A stretch of 64,000 bases of DNA from Hypanus sabinus (lineage: Eukaryota), in NCBI RefSeq assembly GCF_030144855.1, contig NW_026779721.1, forward strand, positions 186,001-250,000. Direction: 5' to 3'. Under the pieces are notes generated by a model. That model saw only the letters and a list, made by a program, of their open reading frames with translations, was not told the DNA's origin and ran no database searches. Below, in pieces: positions 51,715-64,000 of the stretch (its first letter is position 1; the number at the start of each line of letters is the position of its first letter). The translations under genes and the position numbers were made by a program.

Positions 51715-54700
51715 GCACTCTGTGGTGGGGATTTATAAACATTCACCACCCTCGGAATGGAGACATTTCCCCTCATTTCAGTCCCGCACAGTCTATCCCT
51801 GTTTCAGAGACTGAGATCCCTGGTTCAACCGGTAATGATGTTGTGCATTTCAGTGTGTTCACCTCTCAGTCCTCGATTCTCTAAAAGAAAGGGTTATCAC
51901 ATTTGATCTTTCTCCATATGATGACCCCACCACCCCAGGGATCAGTCTGGTGTATCTTCATTGCACTCTCTCTAACAAATACTCTCTAACCTCTTTGTTA
52001 ATCCTCTATAGAATTAATTACCATCTTCTGCAGCCCCGTGTTGCCCCGATCACTCACCTCCCACCCGTCACTATTTCCACCTTCCCACCTCCCCCCTCAC
52101 CTGGATCCACCTCTCACTCCCCGGCTCTTGCCCCATCCCCACCCCTCACCTCCTTTCTCTGACTATTTCCCGTCCACTCTCAGTCCAGACGGAGGGTCTC
52201 GGCCCGAAATGTTGACGGTCCATTTCCCTCCACAGATGCTGCCCGACCCACTGAGTACCTCCAGCAGTTTGTTCTTTGGTCTGTTCAACCCGTGTTAGTA
52301 TGGGGAGCAGGATTTTACATCATATTCCAGGTACAATCCCAACAAAGCACAGATAATTATCACTTTACCCGGACCATTGGCCCCGCTTGCAGGGCAACAG
52401 TCTGCCGGTGTTTGCCCCCAATGTGGTGAATCCCTCTGCTCGACACCACCGTGTGCTCAGACATTTCCACAGATGAGCCCCTCCTGTCCCCACCGGGACA
52501 AACATCCTGTCCGCCCCCTCTCTCAGCATCTTCATCCTTTCAATACAATCCCTCCCTCCCCGGGGAACCGGCATCAAACCGACGGGCCGAGCGGTCTCCT
52601 CCTACCTCTCAGCGATACATCAGACTCCGGCCGCGGGAGACGCTTCACAAACGCCCCAACTTCCCTCGGAGGGAAATGGAAATAAATCAGAAAGCGGACA
52701 TTTACTTTGAGGTTTTCTCCGCTCTGAGGAGGCGGTCGGCGCTTGAGCGGGAGACGAACTCAGCGGGGTAACGCCCACTCGGCTTGTCCGCCTCCGTGAC
52801 TGGTTGTAACCAGTGATTGACATCGCTTCGCACCATAACAGCGGTGGGGAAGGGGTGGTCACGTGATTATTAGCCCAGCCGTTCCACTTATAAAGCTCGA
52901 GCACAGCAGCGCGTGGGTGACGTAAGACAACGCGCACGTGAGGGCAGATCCCGGTGTCGGGAGCCCATGTGTGACGTCTGGCGAGTGGGGGGTGTCAGAC
53001 GTCACCTGTGACGGAGCGCTCGTATTTAAAAGCACCTTAATGGACTTTTCAGTGGGACAACAACATTGTTGACGGGTTTCATCACTGAATCCAGGGTTGT
53101 GGGATGTAAAGTCCCCTGTTATGTGTCCGGCTGTGCCGTGTTGTTGGTGGAGTGGGCAGCGTGGTGTTTGTCTCGATTCGGGTCACAACACCAGAATTGC
53201 CAGCGGGGTCCACACGCAGTGTATTAGTCAACAGAAAACCTCTCGTCCCTGCAGTCTTTGTCTCCTGGTAAACTCAACACCCTGACAGTGTGGACCATAG
53301 ATACCCCTTCCTCTCAGAGTCAGGGGATCATTCAGACAGCTGATCGGTGAGAGGAATTATATTTATTGGTCATTAAAGTTCACCCAGATTCGTTTGGACG
53401 GATTTGATGTGGAGTTCAGGGAGTCACAGTGAAAGGGCCGGACGGCTGAACTCTCTCCGTTGTCCAAACATCCTTCCAGGTGAGGCGACACTTCACCTGT
53501 GAATCTTCCGGGGTCGCCGGTTGTGCCCGCTGCTCCCGGTGCGGCCGCCTCTACACTGGTGACACCGGCTCCTCCGCAGTTGTGCGGGGTAGGGGTGTTT
53601 CTTTTCGGGGGCTCAATGTTTGTTCCCTTTTGTGCGCGGGGGGGGGGGTGTGGATTGATGATCGGTATGCCGTTCTTTTTTATGCTGGGGTTGGGGTGGA
53701 AGTTTGATTTTTCTCTCTGAACGAATTTCATGCTCTTTGTTTCTTGGCTCTCTGGAGAAGGGATAAAAACTCAATTTGAGTCGGGGTGATGACTTCTCTG
53801 TAGGCTGCCTCGTTATTATTTGGGATTCGGCCGATCAATGCAGTGTGGTCAGCAAATCTAATTAGCGGATTGGAACCTGCCACTGCAGCCCCACAGTGCA
53901 CTATGTACTGATTGCAAAGCTACGAAATTGCATGTGAATAGCCTCCCCTCCCCCAACTCCACTCTTTCTCGGTCACCAGCAGACTGGGACATCTCAAATC
54001 TCGCTGCCTCCGCCGGGACATTAAACTGTGAACAACTGTGGTCAGGGACTGATCTCTGTGCTACTCCAAACACTACCTCCTTCCAGTCTGAAAACGACCC
54101 ACTCATCCAGACACACACTACCGGCAGTTTATCGATCTCCAACGAAAAAGCCTAATCACCTACTCCTGATGTTCAATACCATTGCTGACTCTGAGATTAC
54201 CACCGTCAAATGCCGGGAGGGACATAATAATCAGAAAGTCTCTAGTCACAGCCGTGTAAATAAAATGTGATCTCAGTGGGTGTGTGGCGCATGCTCAGAA
54301 TGCGAAGGAGACGGACAAACTGAGCCAAGTCACAGACTGATGAAGGGGAGGAATGATCCATTTTGACACAGAGAGGGAAGCGGAGAGTTTTATATTGTGC
54401 CTGATACCGGAACTGTGGCCAGTTAAAAGATGAGTGCTGAATCCTATTTATTTTTGATGAAAATATATATTTAGGTTTTATCTGACTGTTGTATGATTTT
54501 TTTTTCATGTGTGTTATTCCTGATCCTCCTTCTGTCCAAGGTAGTCGTTAATCTAAGTGGGACTTAGTGTAAATAGACTTTTCTAAAGTTGTCTCTTCAG
54601 TTCTTATTTGTCTGTAAATTTTACTGATTGAAATGGGACCAAGATATTTTCATTAAAAAAGTCAATCTCGGAATTGATGCAAGTGTTTATTGCCTTTGTT

Positions 54701-57180
54701 GTATTTGTTACCTATTGAGCTCTGTTTGGCAGGTTTTTTTTGAAGCCATGAACTAAATTTTGTCAAAGGTTTTCTGGATTTTACACTACTTTCTATTGTC
54801 TTTGCTTGTTGATATTCCAGATACGTGGGTATCGAGTCATAAAGAAGAGTCTTGGCCAGGAATGTTGATTCCCATCCAGAGATGCTGCTTGACATGCTGA
54901 GCTCCTCCAGCACTTTATGTGTAGTTCTCTCCATTTCTAGCATCTGCAGGTCCTCTCGTTTCCCAGATAATTATATGTTTCTTGAAATAACGAGCCAGTA
55001 GTAGGGCTGTATGGCACTTTTGGTAAAATATTAAATAAACTCATTATAACGAGGTTGTATAGGGTTGGAAGATGTAGAATCTCTAGGTAGAATAATCGCC
55101 CCCTGTGGTGGGGATTTACAGACATTCACCACCCTCGGATTGGAAACATTTCCCCTCATCTCAGTCCCGGGTAGTCCACCCCTGTTTCAGAGACTGGGAT
55201 CCCTGATTCAACCGGTCATGATGTTGTGCATTTCAATGTTCACCTCTCAGTCCTCGTTTTTCTAAATGAAAGGGTTATCACATTTAATCTTTCTTCATAT
55301 GATGACCCCACCACTCCAGGGATCAGTCTGGTGAATCTTCATCACACTCTCTATGACAAATACTCTCTAACCTCTTTGTTCATCCTCGATGGAATTAATT
55401 TCCATCTTCTGCAGCCCCGTGTTGCCCCAACCAATCACCTCCCACCCCTGTCACTATTTCCACCTTCCCACCTCCCCCTCACCTGGATCCACCTCTCACT
55501 CCCCAGCTCTTGCCCCATCCCCACCCCTCACCTCTTTTCTCTGACTATTTCCCGTCTACTCTCAGTCCAGAGGGAGGATCTCGGCCCGAAATGTTGATGG
55601 TCCATTTCCCTCCACAGATGCTGCCCGACCCACTGAGTTCCTCCGGCAGTTTGTTCTTCGGTCTGTATAACCCGTATTAGTATGGGGAGCGGGATTTTAC
55701 ACCATATTCCATGTACAATCTCAACAAAGCACAAACAATTGTCACTTTGCCCGGACCACCGGCACCGCTTGCAGGGCAACAGTCTGCCGGTGTTTGCCCC
55801 CAATGTGCTGAATCCCTCTGCTCGACACCACCGTGGGCTCAGACATTTCCACAGATGAGCCCCTCCTGTCCCCACCGGGACAAACATCCTGTCCGCCCCC
55901 TCTCTCACCATCTTCATCCTGTCAATAAAATCCTCCCCCCGGGGAACCGGCATCAAACCGACTGGCCGAGCGGACTCCTCCTACCTCTCAGCGATACATC
56001 AGACTCCGGCCGCAGGAGACACTTCACAAACGCCCCAACTTCCCTCGGAGGGAAATGGAAATAAATCAGAAAGCGGACATTTACTTTGAGGTTTTCTCCG
56101 CTCTGAGGAGGCGTCGGCGCTTGAGCGGGAGACGAACTCGGCGGGGTAACGCCCACTCGGCTTGTCCGCCTCCGCCACTGGTTGTTACCTGTGATTGACA
56201 TCGCTTCGCACCAATGAGAATAGCGCTGCTCCTGACTCCTCTGTTGACAGTGGTGGGGGAGGGGCTGGTCACGTGATTATTAGCCCAGCCTTTAAACCGA
56301 TAAAGCTCGAGCACAGCAGCGCGTGGGTGACGTAAGACACCGCGCACGTGAGGGCAGATCCCGGTATGGGGAGTCCATGTGTGACGTCAGGCGAGTGGGG
56401 TTGTCTGACGTCACCGTATTTAAACGAATCAAAATGTGCGTTTCTTATTATTTCGGTGGGACAACAACATTAATCACGGGTTTCATCACTGAATCCAGTG
56501 TTGTGGGATGTAAAGTCCCCTGTTATGTGTCCGGCTGTGCCTTGTTGTTGGTGGAGTGGGCAGCGTGGTGTTTGTCTCGATTCGGGTCACAACACCAGAT
56601 TTGCCAGCGGGATCCACATACAGTGTATTAGTCAACCGAAAACCCCCCGTCCCTGCAGTCTTTGTCTCCTGGTAAACTCAACACCCTGACAGTGTGGACC
56701 ATAGATACCCCTTCATCTCAGAGTCAGGGGATCATTCATACAGCTGATCGCTGAGAAAAATTATATTTATTGGTCATTAAAGTTGGCCCAGATTCGTTTG
56801 GACGGATTTGATGTGGAGTTCGGGGTGTCACAGTGAAAGGGCCGGACGGCTGAACTCTCTCCGTTGTCCAAACATCCTTCCAGGTGAGGCGACACTTCAC
56901 CTGTGAATCTTCCGGGGTCGTTCGTTGTGTCCGCTGCTCCCGGTGCGGCCGCCTCGACACTGGTGACACCGGCTCCTCCGCAGTTGTGCGGGGTAGGAGT
57001 GTTTTCTTTTTTATCGTGGGTCGATATTATTGTTCCCTTTTGTGCGGAGAGGTGGGTTTTGGGGTTTGATGATTGGGATCCCGTTCTTCTTGATCCGGGG
57101 GGGGGGGGGTGGGATGGAAGTTTGATTTTTCTCTGTGAACGACTTTCATGCTCTCTCTTTGTTTCGTGGTTCTGTGGAGA
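51715..57180. repeat. direct duplication of a CpG-island module of about 2 kb (51715-53760 and 55095-57180)
   Basis: High identity is visible by eye. Paired ORF translations such as PLAGQQSAGVCPQC...GGKWK occur in both copies. Confidence 0.85.
53455..53570 (+). mobile_element. Penelope GIY-YIG endonuclease remnant (second copy at 56860-56975)
   Basis: SFQVRRHFTCESSGVAGCARCSRCGRLYTGDT resembles FTCxSxxVIYCIxCxxCGxLYIGET. Confidence 0.65.
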
Positions 57181-57394
57181 AACAAAGCTCAGCGTTATTC
57201 ATGGATACCTGCTTTAATAATAAACTAACCTTTGAACTATCCACTCCAAGCGGGACTTCCCGGTGTCCAAACATTTTCAATGCGATTTCCATTCTCATTG
57301 CTACCCGGCCTGCTGCGTTCGGCCAGCATTTTGTTTGTATTGCTTTGGATTTCCAGAATCTGCAGACTTTGTCGTTTTTTTACCTCTCCGTTGT

Positions 57395-57600
57395 CCGTCC
57401 CGCCTCCGAACACTGGTGGCGCTGTAGGATCTCCAGCCACTGGTGGCGCTGTGCGGGTCTCCGGCTGTCGGCGACGATGTGCAGACCTCCGGCAGCCGGT
57501 GGCGCTGTGGAGGAACGCTGCTGAACGCATGCGCGGTGCCGAGTTCTGTTGTTGGCGGTTCTCCGATTCGAGCAGGGGTGAGTAGGGAATGATCCCGGTG
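57395..57600 (+). promoter_or_regulatory. CpG promoter and putative first exon of a probable fourth (plus-strand) ZNF gene
   Basis: CGCATGCGCG and donor ggg|GTGAGT at 57578. Downstream 59550-62310 is an inverted paralog of the ZNF-A 5' region, with donors GTGAGT near 61445 and 62184. Confidence 0.5.
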
Positions 57601-57703
57601 TTGTGTAACTCGGGGGCCGGTTGCATTGGGAAAGGTCTGGGCCCGAGCTCTGCCGGACGGCTGGAGGGGGCGTGCAGTGCCAATTTTTTAGGTGCTGGAG
57701 CAG

Positions 57704-57955
57704 TACGGGGGGGGGGGGGGTTGGGGTTGGGGTTGGGGTGGGGGCGGTGATTGATAAGTTCGTGGCCTAAGTTAGAAGGCCTGAAGTTATACAGCGTTCG
57801 GTATCTGCACGTGTAGTTTAACTCTTTGAGTGATTATGCAGAAAGTTTGAAGTTAATAACTTTTGTGGTATTTCTGTTTGACATAATTGAATATTGCTAA
57901 GTTTTGTAAAATTGAATCTTTCCACCTTGGGCCACGAACTTATTAATCACCCTTA
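57704..57955. mobile_element. mariner-type MITE
   Basis: TIRs ggtgattgataagttcgtggcctaag / cttgggccacgaacttattaatcacc, with TA near both ends. Confidence 0.75.
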
Positions 57956-57958
57956 GTT

Positions 57959-58053
57959 TGTGACACCCAATTTGTGTACCTGCTCATTTCATGTACTGGG
58001 CAACTTCCTTGCCCCATTCGTGTAATGAGCAGGTACACAAATTGGGTGTGACA
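57959..58053. repeat. 95-bp palindromic MITE-like element
   Basis: Perfect 26-bp inverted repeat, 57963-57988 and 58024-58049. Confidence 0.8.
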
Positions 58054-59549
58054 TATATAGGGCTTCTTGTAACGTCAAGCAATAAACCAGATGAAAGGAA
58101 TATATGAATTTCAGAGCTCCACAGAAATATAGTTATAGCTAAAACATTAACAAGATTTTAGCCTATCACTAGATTTCAGTGTATAACTGGTACAATTAAA
58201 AATAAAATTCTTAATTTAATAATATGACAAAGTATTACACGGTTGCACAACTGATTATCATAGAATATAATTATCAAGCAAGTAAAATAACTTTGTTTGC
58301 TTTGAAGACACAGGGTTTTAAGTGAGAAAAATGTACTTTAGGATTAGGGAGTAATCCACGGACCACCACAGATGTAGCCTTACTAATACGACTGAGTCAG
58401 AGCAGACGGCCGCAGCACTTAGCAGTGTTCCTCAGAGGTATAAAAATAACAAAATTAAAGCAATTCAGTTTTTATACTTTTAGCCCCTAAATTGGAACCA
58501 AGTAATCAAGTATGAAAAAAGAAACTCTGATGAACTATTGCTAAAGCCACGAATATTGCTGAATATTAGTCTCAAAAGCTGTAGGTTGTCAACTCTGCCT
58601 CGTACTGTTTGTCTCGCAGAAATGGTTGGACAGGAAGTGTACCTGTGAGTGTCGATACTCACAATATCCTCACATGACGGGTGTTACATGGTTAGACCGA
58701 TACAGACACTGTTTAGTCTTTAAATATATAAAAAGTTAAACAAGCTTAAATCTTTATTATTATCACATCTATACGAATAGAAAAGATTGTATTTTGAAAG
58801 TCATAAATGTTAAGAGGGGAGGAGAGCAACCATTTGTGAGGTTTGGAAATATATTTTGTCTCATTCATTGCCTCACTAAATTATCCTTCTTCCTTTCAAC
58901 ACAAAGGGAAAAAGAGCCTCTTTCCAATCAGCTACAGTTGGTGGAGCGAGGCCAAGGGGTTGATCTGCTATTAATGATAATTGAAATGACGTAAAACTAG
59001 CTTAAATCCCAGAAATGTCTTGTTTTCCATTTGGCTTGGAAAATAAAACTAAATTTATCCAGGTTTCGAAGAGGATTTTGGATGATTAGCTTGTGTTTTT
59101 GATCAAAGTCAGACCGAAGATAAGTGAGCAGTGAATTTTTCTTTCATTGTTTTTAACTTTTAAACTTGGGTTTCCATGTTCATTCCTTGCTGAATATAGC
59201 TCCTTCATGGTATCCAATGGTACCCATTGGAAAGAGCGGAAGAATGCTCACATTTGTGTACAGGGATTTCCCAGCTTCCTAGGACAACGGGTCGAGCGAG
59301 GAGGAATTTCACAAATACCTAAATAAAAAGCAGTCACAGCTCCAGGATTTCACCAAAAACGATCAAATATCCTAATGTTATTAGTGGTATTTTTCCCCAC
59401 CAGCCAACACTTTCCAACACCCGCTTCCGTAAAGTTCCCTCTATTTAATATCCGGGTTTGTTAAATTCAGTACTTGCTTATTTTGACTTTTTTCCAGAGG
59501 TGTCGGAGCGGCTCTCCGGTGAGCTCTGGTAGCACTGCACCCCTGAATG

Positions 59550-62310
59550 TATGAGACAGTACAGTGTTAAATGCAAAACCCTGAACAGTGTCGATGATCA
59601 GAGGGATCTTAGACTCCAAGTTCATCGCTCCCTGAAAGAGACTGCACAGATTGATCGGGTGGTTAAGAAGCAAATGCAATGGTTGTCTTTATTAGTTGAA
59701 GCACTGAGTTCAAAAATCATGAAGTTGTGCTGCAGCTTTGTAAAACTTGTTAGCCCACATCTGGAGTGTTTCATACAGTTCTGGTCACCCCCATTCTTGG
59801 AAGGATGTTGGGTCTTTGGAGAGGGCACAGAAGAGGTTTACCAGGACACTGCCTGGATTAGAGGGCATGAGCTATAACGAGAGGCTGGACAAACTTGTGT
59901 TGTTTTCTCCAGAGAGGGGCAGGCTGGGGTGAGACTGGATGGATGTTTATAATATTACAAGAGGAATAGGTAGAGTGGACAGAGGGTATGTTTTTCCTGA
60001 GGGTTGAAATGTCTGACACATTTAAGGTGAGAGGAGATGTGAGGGGCAAGTTTGTTTATTTCCACAGAATGCTGGGAAGCTGGAGTCTGTGCCTGGGATG
60101 TTAGACCCCACCGGTCACGTGATCCCATTTGCCCCTCCCATTTAACCACAGATGTAACGATCTCTTTGTGCATGTTCACAATCTCCAGATGGGCGGTCAC
60201 TCGTCCTCCAACTTGCCCGAACTCGTCTCGCTTCCTGAGGCTCCTCACATTTGTCCTGGAGCTTTATGGCTGTTGTGTCTTCTCCCGGACTGGGGTGGGT
60301 GAGGAAGCAGAACGACCCAGGTTGTGGGGATCTTTGATTTCACTGCCTGCTTTACCGAGGGACTGGGAAGTTTTGGGGGGAGGATGGTTTCTGTGATGTG
60401 CTGCTCTGTATCCAAAGGTCTCTGCATTTCCTAGCAGTCACAGATGGAGCAGTTACCGTGCAAAGCTTGAAGAGTCTGGATGGGAAACTTTCTATGGTGT
60501 GTTGATAAAAATCTGGTGAGGGTCAAAGTATATCTGGCAAAGTTCTTGTTATTTTTGCTAATTCTGTCATTTTAGAATCTTTTGTACAATAGTATGTACT
60601 ATTCATTCAGTACCTATGTGTTGCTGGAGGACCATCAGTGATCGTCCTTGATCCCTTCTCCCACCTGGTTCCATCTGTTCATCTTGTTCAACCTCTGTCC
60701 AGTCTCCTCACAACCCCAACCCCACTTCAGTGATATACATCAACCATCTGGGTCATCCTCAGTCCGCCTTGTATCCCACCTCCTCAATATTATATATCAA
60801 CAAACTTTCTTCCAACCCTTATCTTCATTGTGAAGTGTTCTTTTGTCCCTTTGGCCTCGCTGATCATTTCCAGAATCAGTTATTGTTAGCTGGAATGCCG
60901 GAGGGTCATCAGGACCCATTTCTGTTGTGCATTGGTGTGGAGGTGCTAGTTTATGAACAGTGACGGGCTGACACACTGCAGCATTTTACTGGCAGCAAAG
61001 AGTACTGGGAGAGTTGGTGCTTGGGCTCTAATCCTGTGATTGGCATTCCAGGCAAATGGAACTGTTGTTGTGTTGGCTTGGACTTTGGTTAGTGCTTCTA
61101 CAGATGGGGCTGGATGGATGTCCTTCTTCGAGCAGCTCGACATTGGTTGTGGGGAAATCCTGGATTGCACTACCCAGTGAGAGATGGGAGGACAATGTGT
61201 GAGACTCTCAGGGTCGGTGAGTGGCAGATTAAGCTGTGTGACTCTGTGAGGTTGGGTCCTGGGAGATCATAGTTTTTCATCCAGGTAAAATGGACCTGGG
61301 GATCGAGCTGCTTGGGCTTATGAGGTGTTGAGTGAGTATTTCTGGTCTTGGTTCAGATGTTTGTTTCTGGAGTTCCTTTGGAAGCAATGACTGCCAGTCT
61401 GAGGAGAGGATGATTCCCACTTCCATCCTCACAGGGAGAGGCTGTGAGTAAATGAGCTGTTCCGTGTTTACAACAGTAGAAATAGACCCTGAGTTTGGTG
61501 TTCAAACTGTGTTTGGAAATTTCTCTCCCCCCCCCCCCTCACTGTCACACAGTGGAAATCAGGCAGCTGTGCTGGAGATCTCCACTAAAAACTGAAAATA
61601 TTTGAAGTCATTCTGATGAAATGTTATTAATTGAATTGTATTGTAAGCTATTCCTTACCTGCTGAGTGTTTCTGGTATTTATGTCAGAAATTAATATATT
61701 CATGATTGCTAAGTACCTTCAGGCTAACAGGAGGAAGACAGGAATATGGTGTTGGAATGAAAATCAGCCGTGGTTGAATGGTGGGCAGACCATATGGATC
61801 GAATCACCTAATTCTCTTCCTGTGTCTTATGTCTTACCATGACTGAATGACGGCTCCTTCTTATCCCATATCGTCTGTGTCATGTGAGGGACAATAAAAG
61901 CTTGTTCACTGAGATCATTATATTTACCTTCAATGTTTAAATTTCAGTGAGTTTTGTTCCTAGAAAAATTAAACAGAAATGTTTGGTCCTCCTTTTCATT
62001 GTTAACGTGCTTCATTATCTTACATGTTAAAGTTAGACCTGCAGTGAGAGATTTATTGGAAGAAAAACCACAACTGAAGACAAGGGAACAGCAACAAGTG
62101 AACCAGCCCGAGGACTGAGAGCACCGACTGGAGAGGACCCATCTGACTCGGAGATTCCAGTGATTCAGTCAGGAGAAAGTTTGGTGAGTCTCATTTACTC
62201 AAACACTGGTCCTTTAGACATTACATACCTGCACAAAGGAAGGTAGGAAATAGTTGGGAGTGAGACAGAATGTGCCCAGAAGAACCAGTTATGCCTCTGT
62301 CAGAACCAGT
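59550..62310. repeat. inverted segmental paralog of about 11040-16160
   Basis: Reverse-complement similarity, for example ORFs 12727-12951 and 60946-61170 share MQSRISPQPMSSCSKKDIHPAPSVEAL. Confidence 0.85.
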
Positions 62311-62311
62311 T

Positions 62312-63855
62312 GTGAAGAAGCCCCCCCCCCCAATATTCCCTTTAAACTTTTCGCCCTTCACCCTTAACCCATGTCTTCTGTTCTTTTTCTCCCCTAGCCT
62401 CAGTGGAAAAAGCCTGTTTGCTTTCACTCCATCTATACCCATCATAATTTTATATACCTCTATCAAGTCCCTGCTCATTCTTCTACTCTCCAAGGAATGA
62501 AGTCCAAAACTATTGATCCTTTCTCTGTAACTCAGTTCCTCAAGTCCCGGCAACATCCTTGTAAACCTTCTCTGCACTCTTTCAACCTTATTAATATCCT
62601 TCCTGTAATTAAGTGACTAAAACTGCACACAATACTCCAAATTCACCCTCACCAATGCCTTATACCGCCTTACCATAACATTCCAACTCGTATACTCAAA
62701 ACTTTGATTTATGAAGGCCAATGTACCAAAAGCTTTCTTTACTACCCTATCTACCCGTGACGCCACTTTTAGTGAATTTTGTATCTGTATTCAAAGATCC
62801 ATCTGTTCTACTGCACTCCTCAGTGCCCTGCCATTTACCTTGTATGTTCTACCTTAGTTTTTCCTTCCAAAGTGCAAGACCTCACACTTGCCTGTATTAA
62901 CCTCCTTCTGCCATTTTTCAGCCCATTTTTCTAGCTGGTCCAGATCCCTCTGCAAGATTTGAAAACCTTCCTCACTGTCCACTACACCTCCAATTTTTGT
63001 ATCATCAGCAAATTTGCTGATCCAATTTACCAAATTATTATCCAGATCATTGACAAATAACAATGGACCCAGCACTGATCCCTGTGGCACACCACTAGTC
63101 ACAGGCCTCCACTCAGAGTAGCAATCCTCCACTACCACTCTCTGGCTTCTTCCATTGAGCCAATTTCTAATCCAGTTTACTACCTCTCCATGTATACCTA
63201 GCAACTGAATCTTCCTAACTAACCTCCCATGCAGGACCTTGTCAAAGGCCTTACTGAAGTCCATACAGACAACATCCACTGCCTTGCCTTCATCCATTTT
63301 CCTGTAACCTCCTTGAAACACTCTTGTTAATCATGCCCTACCATACGCAAAGCCATGTTGACTTACCCTAATAAGTCCCTGTCTATCTAAATACTTGTAG
63401 ATCCTATCGCTTAGCACCCCTTCCAATAATTTACCCACGACCGACGTCAAAGTTACCCTATAATTTCCTGAATTACTTTTTGAGTCTTTTTTACCCAACA
63501 GAACAACATGAGCTATCCTTGAATTCTCTAGCACCTCACCCGCAGATAACAACATTTAAATATACCTGCCAGGGCCCCTGCAATTTCAACACTAGTCTCC
63601 TTCAAAGTCCGAGGGAATACCCTGTCAGGTCCAAGAGAGTTATCTACTCTGACTTGCCTCTAGATAGCAAGCACCTCCTCTTCTTCTTTCTGTATAGATT
63701 CCATGACCTTAATTCTTGTTTGCCTTACTTCCATTGACTTCATGCCAATTTCCTTAGTAAATACAGGAGCAAAAAAATACATTTAAGATCCCCCCAATTT
63801 CTTTTGGTTCCATTCATAGGTGACCACTCTGATCTTCAAGAGGACCAATTTTGCC
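62312..63855 (-). mobile_element. CR1 LINE ORF2 fragment
   Basis: Peptides MDFSKAFDKV, GVPQGSVLGPLLF, KFADDTKIGG and QRRFTRMLPG. Confidence 0.9.
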
Positions 63856-64000
63856 AGTCTCCGTCAGTGCTGGAGGCCTGTTTCGTCAGGGTGTGGGCAA
63901 GGAGCCCTCGGCTCTTTGGCTTGAACCCAGGGCAAACCCTGAAGGTGGTATGGGGAACCACCGGTCCTGTCTGTCGCCAAAAGAAAGTTGGAACTTTGGC

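Noticed and set aside
52377-52685. Paired ORFs of about 100 aa in the duplicated CpG module (also 55711-56064)
   Set aside because: GC-rich DNA yields chance ORFs. The starts differ, no domain is recognisable, and the similarity is explained by recent duplication.
57717-57740. (GGGGTT)n as an interstitial telomere
   Set aside because: Only three units, and not the vertebrate TTAGGG repeat.
58060-59500. AT-rich unique-looking region, possibly a DNA transposon relic
   Set aside because: No TIRs or transposase motifs could be identified by eye.

Overview
This is vertebrate genomic DNA, probably from a cartilaginous fish (ray or shark), inferred from the repeat families and zinc-finger style. 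It is a segmentally duplicated C2H2 zinc-finger (ZNF) gene cluster packed with transposon relics. Three ZNF coding arrays are visible: ZNF-A (minus, 1-800, running off the window), ZNF-B (minus, 16 complete fingers) and ZNF-C (plus, 5 fingers). There is also a decayed ZNF fragment near 36.2 kb and the non-coding 5' part of a probable fourth, plus-strand gene whose finger exon would lie beyond 64 kb. No KRAB, SCAN or BTB exon was recognised. All three arrays start at an ATG inside a dead finger, downstream of shared inactivating lesions. The intergenic DNA holds CR1 and Rex1/Babar LINEs, Penelope-like elements, tRNA-derived SINEs, Tc1/mariner pieces, two copies of a class I endogenous retrovirus, and Gypsy LTRs. 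A Gmr1-type Gypsy element (gag with SCAN-like capsid, integrase before RT) is inserted into ZNF-C finger-coding DNA, and a solo LTR is inserted into the last finger repeat of ZNF-B. Repeat boundaries were judged by eye and are approximate.
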